64,000 nt of DNA from Octopus vulgaris (taxonomy: Eukaryota), in the NCBI GenBank assembly GCA_951406725.2, contig OX597822.1:58280001-58344000 (forward strand). The letters are read 5' to 3'. The position numbers were made by a program, and so were the translations under genes. The notes beneath the pieces are model-generated. The model was not told the origin of the DNA. It did no database searches and saw only the letters and a program-made list of their open reading frames with translations. The first letter of the stretch is position 1. Every line of letters starts with the position of its first letter. Shown piece after piece: positions 1 through 10,437 of this stretch.

Positions 1-29
1 AGATGATCAAGTATCTACATAAAAATTAT

Positions 30-520
30 GTTGTTGGCTCATTAATAATAAATGGTTATAAAGATGTTCTCTTCTAAAACTATATTGAAACTGTTCCAGC
101 TGAAATCTCGTGTTATCATTCAGGTAACAAAATTTTAATACAAGAATGGTTTGGAGTTATTCTTTGATGAATTAGTATTGAAAGAAATTTTAGCAGCTGC
201 ACATACAATGAACATATAAGTAAAAACTGATAGAACAGTATAATATGAGTAATGAAGGAGAAAGATAGAAAAATGGTAAAGAAAGAAATTCATAAAATAT
301 TCCCTCATTATGAATACAGTAAGCTCTCGTATATGGAATATAACAACATATATCCTTACATGTGTACAAATATGACAAACTGCACCAAAAGCCAAACCAT
401 TAACTCCAGCCAAATATCTTGAATGCTTGATTTCGTTCATATATAAACTTAGATATGTTTCAACCAAAGATTGGTCCAGGCCATGTCTAACAAAATAGCA
501 CTACCCAATAGGATTATCTA
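30..520 (-). pseudogene. Probable frameshifted class-A (rhodopsin-like) GPCR relic, TM3-TM5 (possibly to TM7)
   Basis: Minus-strand frames give in order: IILLGSAILLDMAWTNLWLKH (TM3/DRY-like), then one frame SKFIYERNQAFKIFGWS*WFGFWCSLSYLYT (ICL2/TM4), CKDICCYIPYTRAYCIH (ECL2 Cys), FYEFLSLPFFYLSPSLLILYCSI (TM5 FxxPxxxIxxCY-like), and a TSL*PFII segment near 50-65 reminiscent of NPxxY. Stops and frameshifts present; motif recognition by eye only. Confidence 0.35.
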
Positions 521-547
521 AATCTTTTAAAGTCAAGTTTTGTGGTA

Positions 548-945
548 TCATGGTCCATTTTTGTTGGGTGAGTTGTATCCAGGTAAAGGTGGCTTTGGTA
601 GTCCTTGAAGAGATTTCTCCACATTCCGTTTACAGGTGATGGGATCCTTTTCCTCTTTGATCTCTTTTCGGACAATATTAAATAGGGTAGGACCTGTCGA
701 GGAAAAAAATTGTGTTGCGATGTATTTATGTGCTGTGATCCTGAATTGGGAAGGGGACGTATGGCCCTGTGGTCCTAGCCTTGGATGAATTTTGAAGCTA
801 ATGTTGAGGTTGTTTGGGCAATGCTGGCGGTATATTCTCCACATCATGCAAATGATGTATTGCTCATGGCAACACTGGAGAGAGAAGAGTTTCAGTGCTT
901 TAAGGCAATCCCAGTAATTGAGATCAGTCATGCCCTTAATTCGTA
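548..945 (-). mobile_element. CR1-clade LINE, 3' end of ORF2 (decayed)
   Basis: ORF 548-931 IKGMTDLNYWDCLKALKLFSLQCCHEQYIICMMWRI...FSSTGPTLFNIVRKEIK matches the CR1 ORF2 C-terminal pattern Y-W/E-x-RL-K-x-L-x-L-x-SL-x-RRR-x-R. Confidence 0.8.
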
Positions 946-949
946 TTAA

Positions 950-1275
950 AGCCTTTTGATTTGGACCAGTCTGATCTGCTCAGGACTGGCTTGAAACAGT
1001 CTGATCTGGTTTTGACCAATCCAAACCAGTTTGAAGAAGATGATGATGTTTGATGAAATGTTTGACCGATATGACCAGTCTGATCCAGTTTGATCTAGTT
1101 TGGATTGGTCTGATTTGGTTTGGACCTGTTTGGACCAGTTAGGACAGGTTGTTTGATGAAAATATTTAATGAATGCAGCTGGTCTGATCCAGTTTGGACT
1201 TGTCTGATCTGGTTCTGACCAGTCTGTACTGATCTTATCCAGAATAGATGATGTTTGATGAAAATGTTTAACCAA
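950..1275. repeat. Nested satellite: ~10-bp quasi-palindromic subunits within three ~102-bp higher-order units
   Basis: Decamers such as ACCAGTCTGA/TCTGGTTTGG recur; spacer TGTTTGATGAAA starts at 1047, 1150 and 1252. Confidence 0.75.
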
Positions 1276-1959
1276 CTGAAATTTCCAAGATAATTAATAA
1301 GCAAAAACTCCTTTTTTAGACTGTAATATACTTAGACAGGTGTTTGAAATATAAAAAAAAATAAATAAGCCCAATAAGTTAAGTTTGGTGAAGTTTTTGG
1401 ACAATACAGATAATGTAGACAAGGTGGTGCTCTAGCATGACCATAGGTGCATGGCTGAACAAGTAAAAGAGCATAGAGTGGGTCCAGTTTTGAAAACAAA
1501 GAAAAGAAAGCAATAAACATGTTTGATTTTATTCGATCTCATTAGCAAAGAAAAATTTATTCAGATGGCAAAACTTTTCTTATTATTTTGAATATACTTG
1601 CCCACTCTAAATATAGATTCATTCTGACTGGGCACAGGGCCAATTTTAATAGAAAAAGGGCTATAGCCTGTATTATCAGTCTCAAAGAGAGTTCAACTAG
1701 AACACAAAGATAGCTAATCCTTTTTCAAAATGCAAGGACTCAGAAGGCCAGTTCTTATCTCTAAGTTTCTCAACATTAAGCAGATGTTAGAGAAATCTCT
1801 TGCTTTCTCCTAGGAAACTTTTATTATAAGTAACTTTTCCCATGCGAGGAATTAAGCTTGGCACTGCAAGATAGAAAAACACTTGCCAATTCTACAGAAT
1901 AACTACAGCAATGGATTACAGATTGCAACTGTATTACCTACTTACCACTAAGCAAGCCA

Positions 1960-2165
1960 ATAAAAATGATTCAACGTCTGACTTGTCAGAAATAATAGTA
2001 AAATTAGTAAAATCTCCCTCAAGTGAAACTGTATCATCTTGAAAGAACAGACTAGGTAATGTGCTCTATGACATCCTATACTTCGGGGAGAAAAAAGTGC
2101 CATAGCCTGCTATAACTGACCAAAGATCTGCTTAATCAAGGTTGGCCTAGAGCTAGCTAAATAAT
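1960..2165 (+). mobile_element. Old interspersed repeat family F (retroposon 3' part ending ...GACCTGGGGCTAAACAACAAC); other copies ~10710-10860, 18200-18400, 24890-25045, 43410-43580(-), 51335-51520, 52790-52990(-), 61215-61375
   Basis: Shared motifs GACYTGCTAGAAATAGCAGCCAAATC, GATAATGT...CCTAGAT, GATCATAGRTCTGCT and an (AAC)n tail recur in these segments. Confidence 0.6.
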
Positions 2166-2262
2166 AACTTATAGCTAGATGAACTGAACCATAACACAAT
2201 GCCAGCGTCAATACACTAGTACCTTATCAACTTAGTATACCATTAGAAGTGTGTATATATAT

Positions 2263-2829
2263 TCTTTTATACATTTCAGTCCTAAGGCTGTGGCCATGCT
2301 GGAGCACTGCCAGCGTAATCACCTTTTCAATGGCAAATCTCCTGTGATTGGCTTTTGGTGAAGGAGGGAGTTTGACACTGCTGCCCTCTTTTGAGTCTCC
2401 TGCCTTGATATTGGTTCATCTGGGACCTTGGATAGCAGGAAGTCAAGCTGTTTCTTGAAAACATCTACCCCAACTCCATGAAGATCCCTCAGATATTTTG
2501 GCAAAAGTGATAAATAGCTGTGGGCCCTTGAATCCTAAGCTATTGCAGTACATGGTCCTCACTCTAGATGGGACAGCTGGGACCTTTAGAACAGTGCAGT
2601 GACGTCCAGTTTGGGGTCTGATATAGTTTTCAATTCCAAAGTTTGGTGCCAGCCCCTCCAGTACCTTCCATACATATATCACTGCATACCTCTCCCATCT
2701 CTGCTCCAGGGAGTAGAGTCACAGCTCTTTCAGTCTCTCGCAGTATTTCAGCTATTCCATTAAAGCAATCTTCCCTGTGTAACATCACTGAACTGCCTCA
2801 ATCTGACACTGTAGAGTGACCACAGTTGA
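2263..2829 (-). mobile_element. CR1-clade LINE 3' fragment with 3' UTR
   Basis: SQLWS...YCERLKEL..YSLEQRWERYAVIYVWKVLEGLAPNFGI...KGPQLF..LPKYLRDLHGVGVDVFKKQLDFLLSKVPDEP; stop at 2319 followed by a short UTR. Confidence 0.85.
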
Positions 2830-2835
2830 GGGCTT

Positions 2836-3252
2836 TCAACTGTGGTCACCTTACATTGTCAGATTTTCATATATCTTATATAAGATTCTATCTCAATTTT
2901 GGAATCGAAAGCTATGCCAATCATGGAACTAGACGGCTCTGCATAGCTAAGATCTCAACTTCATCTAGAAGAAGGGCCCAGTACTGCAACAACTCGAGTT
3001 TTAAGAGGTTCACAATTAATCAACACTACTAAACAGCCTCAGAAATTTGCGTGCTGTCGATGAGAAGGGCTTCAAAAGAAAGTCTGGACAAATTTTTATG
3101 AGATATCAGATAAAGCGATATTATGGCAGGATGCAGAAAGAAAAGCAACTCCATCTAACTATTTCATTAAAAAAAATAGGGAAAAGAAGCCAAATCATGC
3201 AGAAAGATGGTGCCACAGTATGGCTACAGCCTATGGCTTAAACCAGTGAAGA
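2836..3252 (+). mobile_element. CR1-clade LINE 3' fragment, opposite orientation, internally deleted
   Basis: NFGIESYANHGTRRLCIAKI...YCNNSSFK aligns with the 2443-2682 peptide; ends in GGTGCCACAGTATGGCTACAGCC...AAACCAGTGAAG like the 2263 UTR. Confidence 0.75.
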
Positions 3253-3415
3253 AAATTATACATACCCACACAAATATATACATACACAAAATGCACATAA
3301 TATAAAAACAGTAAAATTTTTAAGATATTGATGATCATTTTATTGACATTTCAGTTTAAAATCTTTTATCTCGCATCAAAATCAATGTTTGTAAAAGAAA
3401 ACCATAATTGCTAAA

Positions 3416-3780
3416 ATGAAAATCTGACAATATAGGGTGGCCACAGTTGAGAGCAGTAATCCAGATGGCTCAGGACAAATGTCCTCCACAGTACCAGCAT
3501 AGTTTCCTGGTCCCTTGTTCTGAAGGTTCTCATACCAATCCTAAGATCACGCACCATATGTGATTCTGAGATTGCCGCTCCTTTTGGTGCATAGTATCAT
3601 TGTTGCAGCTTCCGAGTACTAAGTAACTTGTAGCAGAGAGCTTGGAATTTGTCTGCATCAAATTGCATGTTGTTCTCAGCCCGTTTATGTATGGCATTTA
3701 GGTCTTTTTGTCAGTTAACCCAGTGCAACAATGGCTTATCTAGTTCAAACTTCAAAGTCACTCCCAATGATATTCTCGTT
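3416..3780 (-). mobile_element. CR1 LINE RT/thumb fragment
   Basis: Translates DLNAIHKRAENNMQFDADKFQAL...VRDLRIGMRTFRTRDQETMLVLWRTFVLSHLDYCSQLWPPY. Confidence 0.8.
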
Positions 3781-4026
3781 AAAGAATAATAAATTTGTAC
3801 TCTGCAAAGTATAGAGTAACCCATCAGATTAATGTAAAATTGTTCTTATTATAACTGAATATAAATCAGACATATGATACACATAAATGTGTGTGTATTA
3901 CAGACATCAAAATGTAATCCTTTAGATTTGAAAGTGGTTCAAACCATTGCAGTTCCAGTAAGTGCTGGAGCCAACCACATCTTAACCATACAGAAGAAAG
4001 ATGCTACAAATTTGATTTGTGATATC

Positions 4027-4380
4027 TTATATCTTTTACTTGTTTCAGTCATTGGACTGCGGCCATGCTGGAGCACTACCTTGAAGAATTTTTAATTGAA
4101 TGAATTGACCCCAGTACTTATCTTTTTCAAAGCTTGGTACTTATTCTATCAGTCCCTTTCACAGAACCACTAAGTTATGGGGATGTAAACACACCAACAT
4201 CAGTTGTTAAACAGTAGTGAAGGACAAAGACACATACACACATGCTGGGCTTCTTTCAGTTTTAGTCTACCAAATCCACTCACAAGGCTCTGGATGGGCC
4301 AAGGCTATAGTAGAAGACACTTGCCCAAGATGTCAGGCAGTGGAACTGAACCCAGAACCACGTGATTGGGAAGCAAGCCT
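4027..4380 (-). mobile_element. SINE family A (tRNA head + CORE-like box + microsatellite + CR1-type tail)
   Basis: Reverse complement of the family sequence seen at 11708 and 43881. Confidence 0.9.
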
Positions 4381-4579
4381 GTGTTGTACATACATACTGT
4401 GAAAAAGTAAGTCAGAATGGAATTCAGAATAATTTTTTTTTGTTGTGTAAATGTATATGATGTGATTTTTAAAGAGAGGAAAATCTGCAATATGATTTTG
4501 AACTACCAAACTGTGAGATGTATATGCATGTGCAGATGCATACACGGATGCAAATTTGAATAACAAGATAGTGGTGCCT

Positions 4580-4800
4580 TTGACACTTGTAATGTAATCT
4601 TAAAGAACACACCAGAGTAAGATTATTGTATCACGCAATTTTGGGGAGTAAAAAGATTGCGATGTGACCTGCAAGAGCAAAACATTAAGACAAAATGAAG
4701 TGATATGATCCTGAGTAACAGCACATTGTGATGTGATGTAGTCTTGAGAAACAAGACATTGTGCATGATGTGACCTTCAAGGTCAAAACAGTGCAAGCAT
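4580..4800. repeat. Degenerate ~33-bp minisatellite
   Basis: Units like ACATTGTGATGTGATGTAGTCTTGAGAAACAAG and ACAAAATGAAGTGATATGATCCTGAGTAACAGC repeated about 5-6 times. Confidence 0.5.
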
Positions 4801-5488
4801 GCTGAGAAAATATTGAGGTCATAAAGTCATTCCTTGGTCTATGTGGGAAATAAGGCAATATTTGTTCTGTATATATGATAATTACATGAATCTTAGTGTG
4901 TATTAAGAATGGTGATAAGATTTATGGCAGACCTGTTCAACTCATGCCAACTTGCAAAAACAAGACACCCTAACACAGATGATGACAAACTAAATACTTT
5001 GGTTAACATATTAATACTAAGGAAAGAAATATTTCACCCTGTTAACACTCAGAAAGGGATTTTATCAGTATTTAGCTGTAATAAATATCATATGTGGTGG
5101 GCAGAATTGATATGAGAGGAAAAAAACTTTCAATTTTCTCTTTACTTTTTTTTATTTCGCTTTAACAACTTTCCTACTGTGCAGGAAATATTTTACCTCA
5201 ATTACATTTCACATAAGTTTACAATACAAGGCTACCACAGCTCCATTTTACATAGTGTATATGTTTATATGTATCAGCAATCATAGATCTCCACCTTCCT
5301 CCTGTCCCACACAAAGCTTAGCCCATTATTGGGCCAGTGTTTCTGTAGCCAGCTGGTATGACCATCAAGTATCTTCTCTCAGTGTTTGCTTCCTTTGGCT
5401 TCCCAAGGTTTTGTTTTATTATATAGTACCCAATGAACTCAGCCTGTTGTCCCCCTATGCTGTTTATATATATATATATATATATGTA

Positions 5489-7068
5489 CAGGGTGTGGCA
5501 AAAAATATTCCCATATTTTATAGGTTGACAAAAAAGCCACAGTAAATGTTTTTCAAAAAATATTCTAATAGCATTAACATGATGGGATGCAGTTTGTTTC
5601 ACTTGGGTTTGAAAATAATATTTCCCAAATGGTAGTCTCTAATTGCAATCGAATTCTTAAGTTTTCCATCATTGAGTAAGGTATTTCCAGTAGTATTTCT
5701 GCAATACCAGCCTTCAATTTGTCAATGGCTATTGGTCAGTTTGTTAAAGGTTAATTATATCTCTAGCAAAAACTATTCACAGGGTGAGATCAAGCAAGAC
5801 TGCAGGACATCCAACATCACCACATATGAAGACCAAGTGTCCTGGAAACAGTTCTCTCAAGACTGCCATTGATGACACCACTTTGCAAGCAGTGGCACCA
5901 TCCTACAGAAACCATTCATTCAAATTTCCATGGTCTCTGTGTTTTGGCTTCAGAAAGTTGTGTAGCATCTCTGCATATTAATCAGACATTACTGTAAGTG
6001 CTTAGCTTCCCTCCTTCAAAAATTGAGGACCCCAAACACCAAAATTTGCAACAGTACACTAGATAGAAACTAGTTTGTTGTATAGGGGTCTTTCATGAAT
6101 CTGCTTGACATTGTTTTCCATCAAGTAACAAAAATTCTACTCCGGGTAGACGAAAGTGGGCTTCATTGCATGTGAGAAAAATAGTGTCTGAAGGAACACT
6201 GTGACAGATATCCTCACAGTATGCTATGTGGTTTTTCCTATCACATTCATGAAATTTCCCAACCACCAATTTGTATGGATGGAACTTGAGATCAATGTAT
6301 AACATTCTGGCAATTCAATCACATAATCCCAAAGCAGATGCATGTTTGCAGGTTGTACACTTAGGAGATTGCAAACCAAAAATGACACACCATTAGTTAC
6401 AACAACAACAGTTCCAATTAATCTGATCAATGAAACAGGCTGCTTGTGAAATTAACATGCAAGTGGCTAAGCACAACACAGACATGTTTACCCTTAACAC
6501 AGTTCTCAGGGAGATTCAGCACGACACAGAATGTATCAAGGCTGGCCCTTTGAATAATAGGTACAACACATTTTTACCAGCTGAGTGGACTGAAGCAATG
6601 TGGAATAAAGTGTCTTGCCCAAAGACACAATGTGCACTCACAACCTTATGATCATGAACTGTTAATTGCCTTCACAGAAGATTGCAAAACAGTGTCCCAC
6701 AACTTAGTTTGAATGCTCCAATGCTTTCCTAGTAGTTTTCTTTTAGCCTTGAACTCATGGTCCTGAAATTGTCATCCAATAGCAATATGGATTTTCAGCG
6801 TGGAATAGCATTGTTTCAATTTAACTCAAAATGAATATGCAAAGTTCTCTGTACAACAATCACTATTCTCGAAAAACAAACACATGGTTTGCACCAGCGA
6901 TGGCAACTCAAAACCATAACAGCAATTGAATAGAGAAAAAAAAAAATAAGCAAAGAAAGAAAACAGTACAGTATGAACTACATCAAGACACAATCACCAC
7001 CTGCCTAACTTCACTAGTGCCCCACCAATGGCCATGTGAAATATGGGAGTTTTTTCAGCCACATACAG
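5489..7068 (-). mobile_element. Tc1/mariner DD41D (rosa-type) transposon relic with TIRs
   Basis: 30-bp TIRs 23/30 identical (CAGGGTGTGGCAAAAAATATTCCCATATTT), TA at both sides; decayed transposase FHPYKL...CNEAHFRL and WFL*DGATACKVVSSMAVLRELFPGHLVFICGDVGCPAVLLDLT consistent with 41-residue D-D spacing. Confidence 0.85.
6395..6677 (-). mobile_element. SINE (core GTGTCTTTGGGCAAGACACTTTATTCCAC...CAGTCCACTCAGCTG, (GTT)n tail) nested in the mariner relic
   Basis: Interrupts the transposase; core shared with the 12440-12752 element but different tail. Confidence 0.75.
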
Positions 7069-7182
7069 TATAATCTTATATTAGATGATAGTTACATTTG
7101 TTATTGTATGACTGAGCAAAAGCTTTCACATGTTCAGCAATTCTGGAACAACGATGCTCATCAAAAGCATTTTAAGCTTTAA

Positions 7183-7686
7183 CACTTTCGTTACCATATT
7201 TCTGTTGAAATATGCTGCTTTTGCTCCAATTAGTTGATATGGCAAGAATCATGACACTCCCTGTGAGAATGAACTAGCCAACTTGTTTGTAGTAAGTTTA
7301 ACTCATTCGTGAGTTTGTGGAGTAGCAGGAAATTATTGAGAAGTTGTAATAGTTCATTGAGAGTTATTTTGGATTGGTTATAGTTGTTGGCAGAGAGAGT
7401 ATTTGGGAATACATCAAGTGGAGACAGTTGATGTCTACCCCATTCTGTGGTATTGTATATCACACTGTTATTAGTGCATGACACTAAGATGACATATATG
7501 GAAACCACGTTATAAAATTAATTTTGAAAATAATGAATTTATTAATTAATTTTGTCATTATTATGCTGGAGTTTGGAACAAAAATTAACATGGAATTTTG
7601 AAGGAGAGCTTTTATTTAAATCACTTTGAAACAGCAAAGTTTTGTCAGAAACGGGGATAGTCACAGGTGGGTCGGTATCAAAAAGG
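7183..7686. mobile_element. TTAA-flanked piggyBac-type MITE family B, interrupted; other copies ~13100-13258, 16997-17605, 53190-53427
   Basis: TTAA|CACTTTCGTTACC ... GGTATCAAAAAGG|TTAA; internal GTTTGAAAC...AATTAACATGAAATTTTGA...GATCACTTT shared among copies. Confidence 0.75.
7232..7510 (-). mobile_element. Possible Penelope-like element RT fragment nested in MITE B
   Basis: Ordered motifs across frames: GVDINCLH, SKITLNELLQLLNNF, TYYKQVG...GS...ILA, resembling PLE RT S+D+.SLFT / ILELL.L.L / Y.Q..G..MGS..S..+A. Confidence 0.45.
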
Positions 7687-8039
7687 TTAAATTATATCTC
7701 ATACATTAGAAACAGTACCTTATTTTAATGCCATGATATGAAGGAAAATTTAGAATGCAGACACAGTTTGGATATTACAAAATGAAAGTCTTACAAACTC
7801 AAGAGACAACTGAAGAGAAATAACCAAACCAAGCCAAATCAGGAGACTACAACAGGTTTAAAATCTACAAAGATGATGTTGCTGCTAACTATTATCATTA
7901 TACATGAATTTGAATTAATTTTCTTCCATTCTAAGCACTCTGTCACATTAATTCTTATATAAACATAGGAAACAGCAATAATCTATATGCAAACAAACAC
8001 ATGCTCTGTCTCCCTGCCTCTCTATGATTGTCTCACTAT

Positions 8040-8320
8040 AAAAGAAACCTCATAGTAGACAGGTGTGCATATGTTTCATAATAGTATACAGAACATATTT
8101 CTTCATTGCAGATGGGAGAGTGGGGCAGAGTGGTGAGGGAATCAATAGAGTTAGATGAGATTGAATTGTTAAATAAGCAAAAGGTCACAGATTTTATAAG
8201 AGAGTGAGCAATGTTATGCTGTGATGTTCATAGTATTCCTAATGTCACTAGTGTTGCAGTAAATGAAGTGACATAGATGCAATTAGGAGCAGAAAGTAGG
8301 TCGCAAACTCAAAGGGTCAA
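8040..8320 (-). mobile_element. Very old L2/CR1 endonuclease N-terminal remnant
   Basis: Weak CNTSDIRNTMN (N-IRGL-like) peptide; composition like other minus-strand LINE relics. Confidence 0.3.
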
Positions 8321-8400
8321 AAAATTAAAAGCTACCCTATAACACAAGCTACATATTTTCATCTGAATACAAAGCTAAATGCTTCTGTAGAATATACATA

Positions 8401-8897
8401 CCATAAATCCTCAAGTATAATCCACATTTTTTTCCCCAAATTTAAAAGTCAAAATCCCTAGTGTGTACTAGGGATTTTCTAAGCAATGTCCGAGTCTCTA
8501 TTTGCTGTCTGGCAATGTTTATTCAGACGCATTTTGTGATGTCGGGCACGAAATTACGTTAAGCTAAGCCTGAAAACAATGAAGTCATAAAAGAATCGCC
8601 CTAACTTGCAGTAAGCAACATTTATTAAGATAAAAGTATTCAGAACACTGAATAACATGTAACAAAAACAATTTGCAAACATTTACATTCCCATATAACA
8701 GTTAAGAACATCACTATTATTGTATTATGCACACGCGGAAGTGTTTGTTCGGCTAGGTGCTGCTGGCTTAAGTACGCACAACTCAAGTTAGAGATGAGTG
8801 CGTATTATACACAAGGTTTAGGTTTTTCAGAGGTACAGCCCCCTAAAAATCCCCTGCGTATTATACTCAAGGGCGGACTATACTCAAAGATTTACAG
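8401..8897. mobile_element. pogo/Tigger-like MITE
   Basis: TA|CCATAAATCCTCAAGTATAATCC ... GGACTATACTCAAAGATTTACAG|TA inverted ends; internal repeated TGCGTATTATAC motif. Confidence 0.8.
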
Positions 8898-9169
8898 TAA
8901 TCATTTAAAACAACTTAGTGCATTACTGATGTGTACTTCCTAGAAAGAGAGCCCCTACAAAGAGAGATAATAAAGCTTGGTTTAACTTAGAAGAATAGCA
9001 AAGTAAACATTGTAAAATATAGCTAAACATATGATAAAAATATTGTAAAACATTTAGTCAGGTGTTCTCCTGATGCACCTATCACTCCAACTACAGTATT
9101 GGAGACTGATAAAATAGAATGCTAGAGACCACTAACATCTCTAACAATATCTTTTGTTTTTCTTAAGCA

Positions 9170-9408
9170 GAGTGGTTTTCAGGAGGAGTCCATATAAGAT
9201 TTTGTTGCTAAAATTTATCTGCAATAGGCTATACTTCTACAATACACAAAATATCTTAATAATTTTTTTTTATACAATTCCTAATAATATTTAATCATAA
9301 AAATATAATAGGATTTTTAATAACATCAAATGGTTATGAGGGTCCACCTGAGTAAAAATAGGAATCAAAGGGAGTCCATAGATAAAAAAAAACGGTTGAG
9401 AACCACTG
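9170..9408. mobile_element. hAT-Charlie-type MITE (same family as 51609-51863)
   Basis: Ends AGTGGTTTTCA ... GGTTGAGAACCACTG; body nearly collinear with the 51.6-kb copy. Confidence 0.85.
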
Positions 9409-9574
9409 TTCTAGCAGAAGCTGTGTTTGATATTGAAGCCTTTAATTAATAGATCCTATTTCCCATGAATATGACAACTCCATAAGTTGCATCTTCAGCA
9501 GTACAACTCTACTAATAACATGACTGCTTAAAACTTAGCTAAGAGACTGACTTAATTCTGATTGTAATTGTTCT

Positions 9575-10437
9575 TTTATTCTTTTACTTTTTTAGTCACT
9601 GGACTACAGCCTAACAGGGTATACCACCTTGAGGTGTTTTTATTTTCATTTCATATAATCAATTGACTCCAATACATAAATTTTTGCCAAACTGCTAAAT
9701 TACCTGGACATAAACAAAGCTACACCAGTTGTCAAGCAGTGAGAGAGAAACACAAGCTTAACTGCTAAATTACATGACCATAAACAAACTTACACCAAGT
9801 ATCAAGCAGTGAAGGATAAACACAAACTCACAAACACACATACATAATTAACAGGATTCCATACAGTTTCTTATTTCAAACAAGGACAAAGGGATTAAGT
9901 CGATTACATCGACCCCAGTGCATAATTGGTACTTAATTTATTGACCCCGAAAGGATGAAAGGCAAAGTCGACCTTGGCGGAATTTGAACTTGGAACGTAA
10001 AGACAGACGAAATCCGCTAAGCATTTTGCCCGGTGTGCTGTTTCTTATTTCTTTATTGCCCACAAGTGGCTAAACATAGAGGTAACAAACAAGGACAAAG
10101 GGATTAAGTCGATTACATTGACCCCAGTGCATAAATGGTACTTAATTTATTGACCCCAAAAGGATGAAAGGCAAAGGTTGACTTCAGCGGAATTTAAACT
10201 CAGAACGTAAAGACATGAAATACCGCAAAGCATTTCGCTGACATGCTCACGATTCTGCCAGCTCACAGCCTTTTATACAGCTTCCATACAGTTCCTGCCT
10301 ATCAAATTTTCTCCCAATGCATTAGTCAATCCAGAGCAATAGTAGAAGATACTTGCCCAAAGTGCTACACAATGGGACTAAACCCCAAACTATATGGTTG
10401 TGAAGTACACTTCTTAACCACAGTCATGTTTACACCT
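9575..10437 (-). mobile_element. SINE A copy split by a tandem pair of SINE B (about 9870-10268)
   Basis: SINE A tail 9575-9870, two SINE B copies with GACCCCGAAAGGATGAAAGGCAAAGTCGACC, then SINE A head 10275-10437. Confidence 0.85.

Noticed and set aside
946-1304. ORFs of 109 and 69 aa with repetitive Q/T/G/S content
   Set aside because: Products of the decamer satellite; no start context or domain.
4580-4800. Regularly spaced repeats as a CRISPR-like array
   Set aside because: Eukaryotic context, units are degenerate tandem copies with no unique spacers and no cas genes.
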